From Isoptericola halotolerans (GTDB taxonomy: Bacteria; Actinomycetota; Actinomycetes; Actinomycetales; Cellulomonadaceae), in contig NZ_JABEZU010000005.1 of NCBI RefSeq assembly GCF_013149785.1, positions 124,001-188,000 on the forward strand: 64,000 nucleotides of DNA, read 5' to 3'. A program made the translations under genes and the position numbers. The notes beneath the pieces were generated by a model. That model worked only from the letters and a program-made list of their open reading frames with translations, did no database searches and had not been told where the DNA came from. This document shows, piece after piece, positions 63,310-64,000 of this stretch. Numbering within the stretch: the stretch's first letter is position 1; each line of letters begins with the position of its first letter.

Positions 63310-64000
63310 ATGCACGACAGACCCGTTCCTGCCCGCTGGCTGCGCTGGACCCTCGCAGCCCTCGCCGCCGTGATCGCCTGCGTGGGTTTCGGCATCACGA
63401 CGGCGTCGGCCACCCTGAGCCTCGGCCCGCACGAGGCGGAGTACTCCGTGGACACCGACGGCCTGGTGGTCGTCGACCTCGGCCCGCTGGGGACCCTGGA
63501 GATCGACTCGCCGTTGCCCCTCGGGCTCGGCGTGGACGTCACCGTCAAGGAGATCCCGGCGGACCTGTCGGCCGTCGGCGCGTCGTCGACCCTGGACCGC
63601 TTGGTCGGGGACCTGGACGGCTACCTGCAGTTCTACGACAGCCCGCAGGTGACGATCGACGCGGTGACGGTGGCGCTGCTGGGTGACGCGGCCCGACGGG
63701 CCGGGCTCGCCCTCGTCGGGGTGGTGCTCGTGGGCTGGGGCGTGCGGGTGCTGCTGGGTGAAGCCCGGCGCCGCCAGCTCTCCGCCTCGCTCGCGCCGCG
63801 GACGTGGCAGCTCACCGCCGGCGTCGTCATCGTCGCGTTCGTCGGGACCACGCTCGTCTCGGCGGACGTCGACGGCCCACGCCAGGGCCGTCCTGCCTCG
63901 GCGGTGTTCGAGGGGACGGCCCTGGAGGGCGCGCGCATCACAGGTCGCCTCGCGGGTGTCATCGACACCTACGGTGGCCAGCTCGTGGCGCTCTACGACG
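63310..64000 (+). CDS. Membrane protein, probable metallophosphoesterase N-terminus (partial)
   Basis: Open frame from ATG 63310 to window end: TM segments, LGPHEAEY...DLGPLGTL; catalytic domain not visible, family assignment from recall. Confidence 0.55.
   Translation, partial: MHDRPVPARWLRWTLAALAAVIACVGFGITTASATLSLGPHEAEYSVDTDGLVVVDLGPLGTLEIDSPLPLGLGVDVTVKEIPADLSAVGASSTLDRLVGDLDGYLQFYDSPQVTIDAVTVALLGDAARRAGLALVGVVLVGWGVRVLLGEARRRQLSASLAPRTWQLTAGVVIVAFVGTTLVSADVDGPRQGRPASAVFEGTALEGARITGRLAGVIDTYGGQLVALYD

Noticed and set aside
25612..64000. Genomic island integrated at tRNA-Ala
   Set aside because: No integrase and no duplicated tRNA 3' end found in the window; GC remains host-like after the tRNA.

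Overview
High-GC actinobacterial chromosomal segment (Micrococcales-like gene order; genus not assignable from sequence alone). The left 25.7 kb is mostly core genome: cydABDC behind a double Rex operator, rne, tdk, a fatty-acid desaturase, pcm, rplU-rpmA-obgE-proB-proA-nadD-rsfS and tRNA-Ala(GGC). Accessory genes follow the tRNA. The most unusual item is a compact divergent four-gene module at 25.8-28.6 kb. It encodes a minimal PEP-synthase/rifampin-phosphotransferase-like dikinase with no substrate-binding domain, a histidine phosphatase, an HTH protein and a winged-helix protein resembling M. tuberculosis Rv1126c, arranged around an AT-rich palindromic operator; it is a candidate uncharacterised phosphotransfer switch. 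Next is an EctB-DoeA-aldehyde dehydrogenase operon that looks like ectoine catabolism without the DoeB deacetylase. After that come pntAB, a frameshifted ketopantoate reductase, mqo with three CRP-like sites, a siderophore-interacting protein with an IdeR box, ligD and ku separated by a two-component/ABC block, and a ricin/beta-helix secreted protein. At 57.9-60.7 kb there is a decayed secreted-protein/possible toxin-immunity remnant with nested IS3 elements, then a TetR-MFS pair. About 21 genes appear to be leaderless. No CRISPR array, rRNA or prophage was seen. All family assignments come from motif recognition and recall, not database searches.
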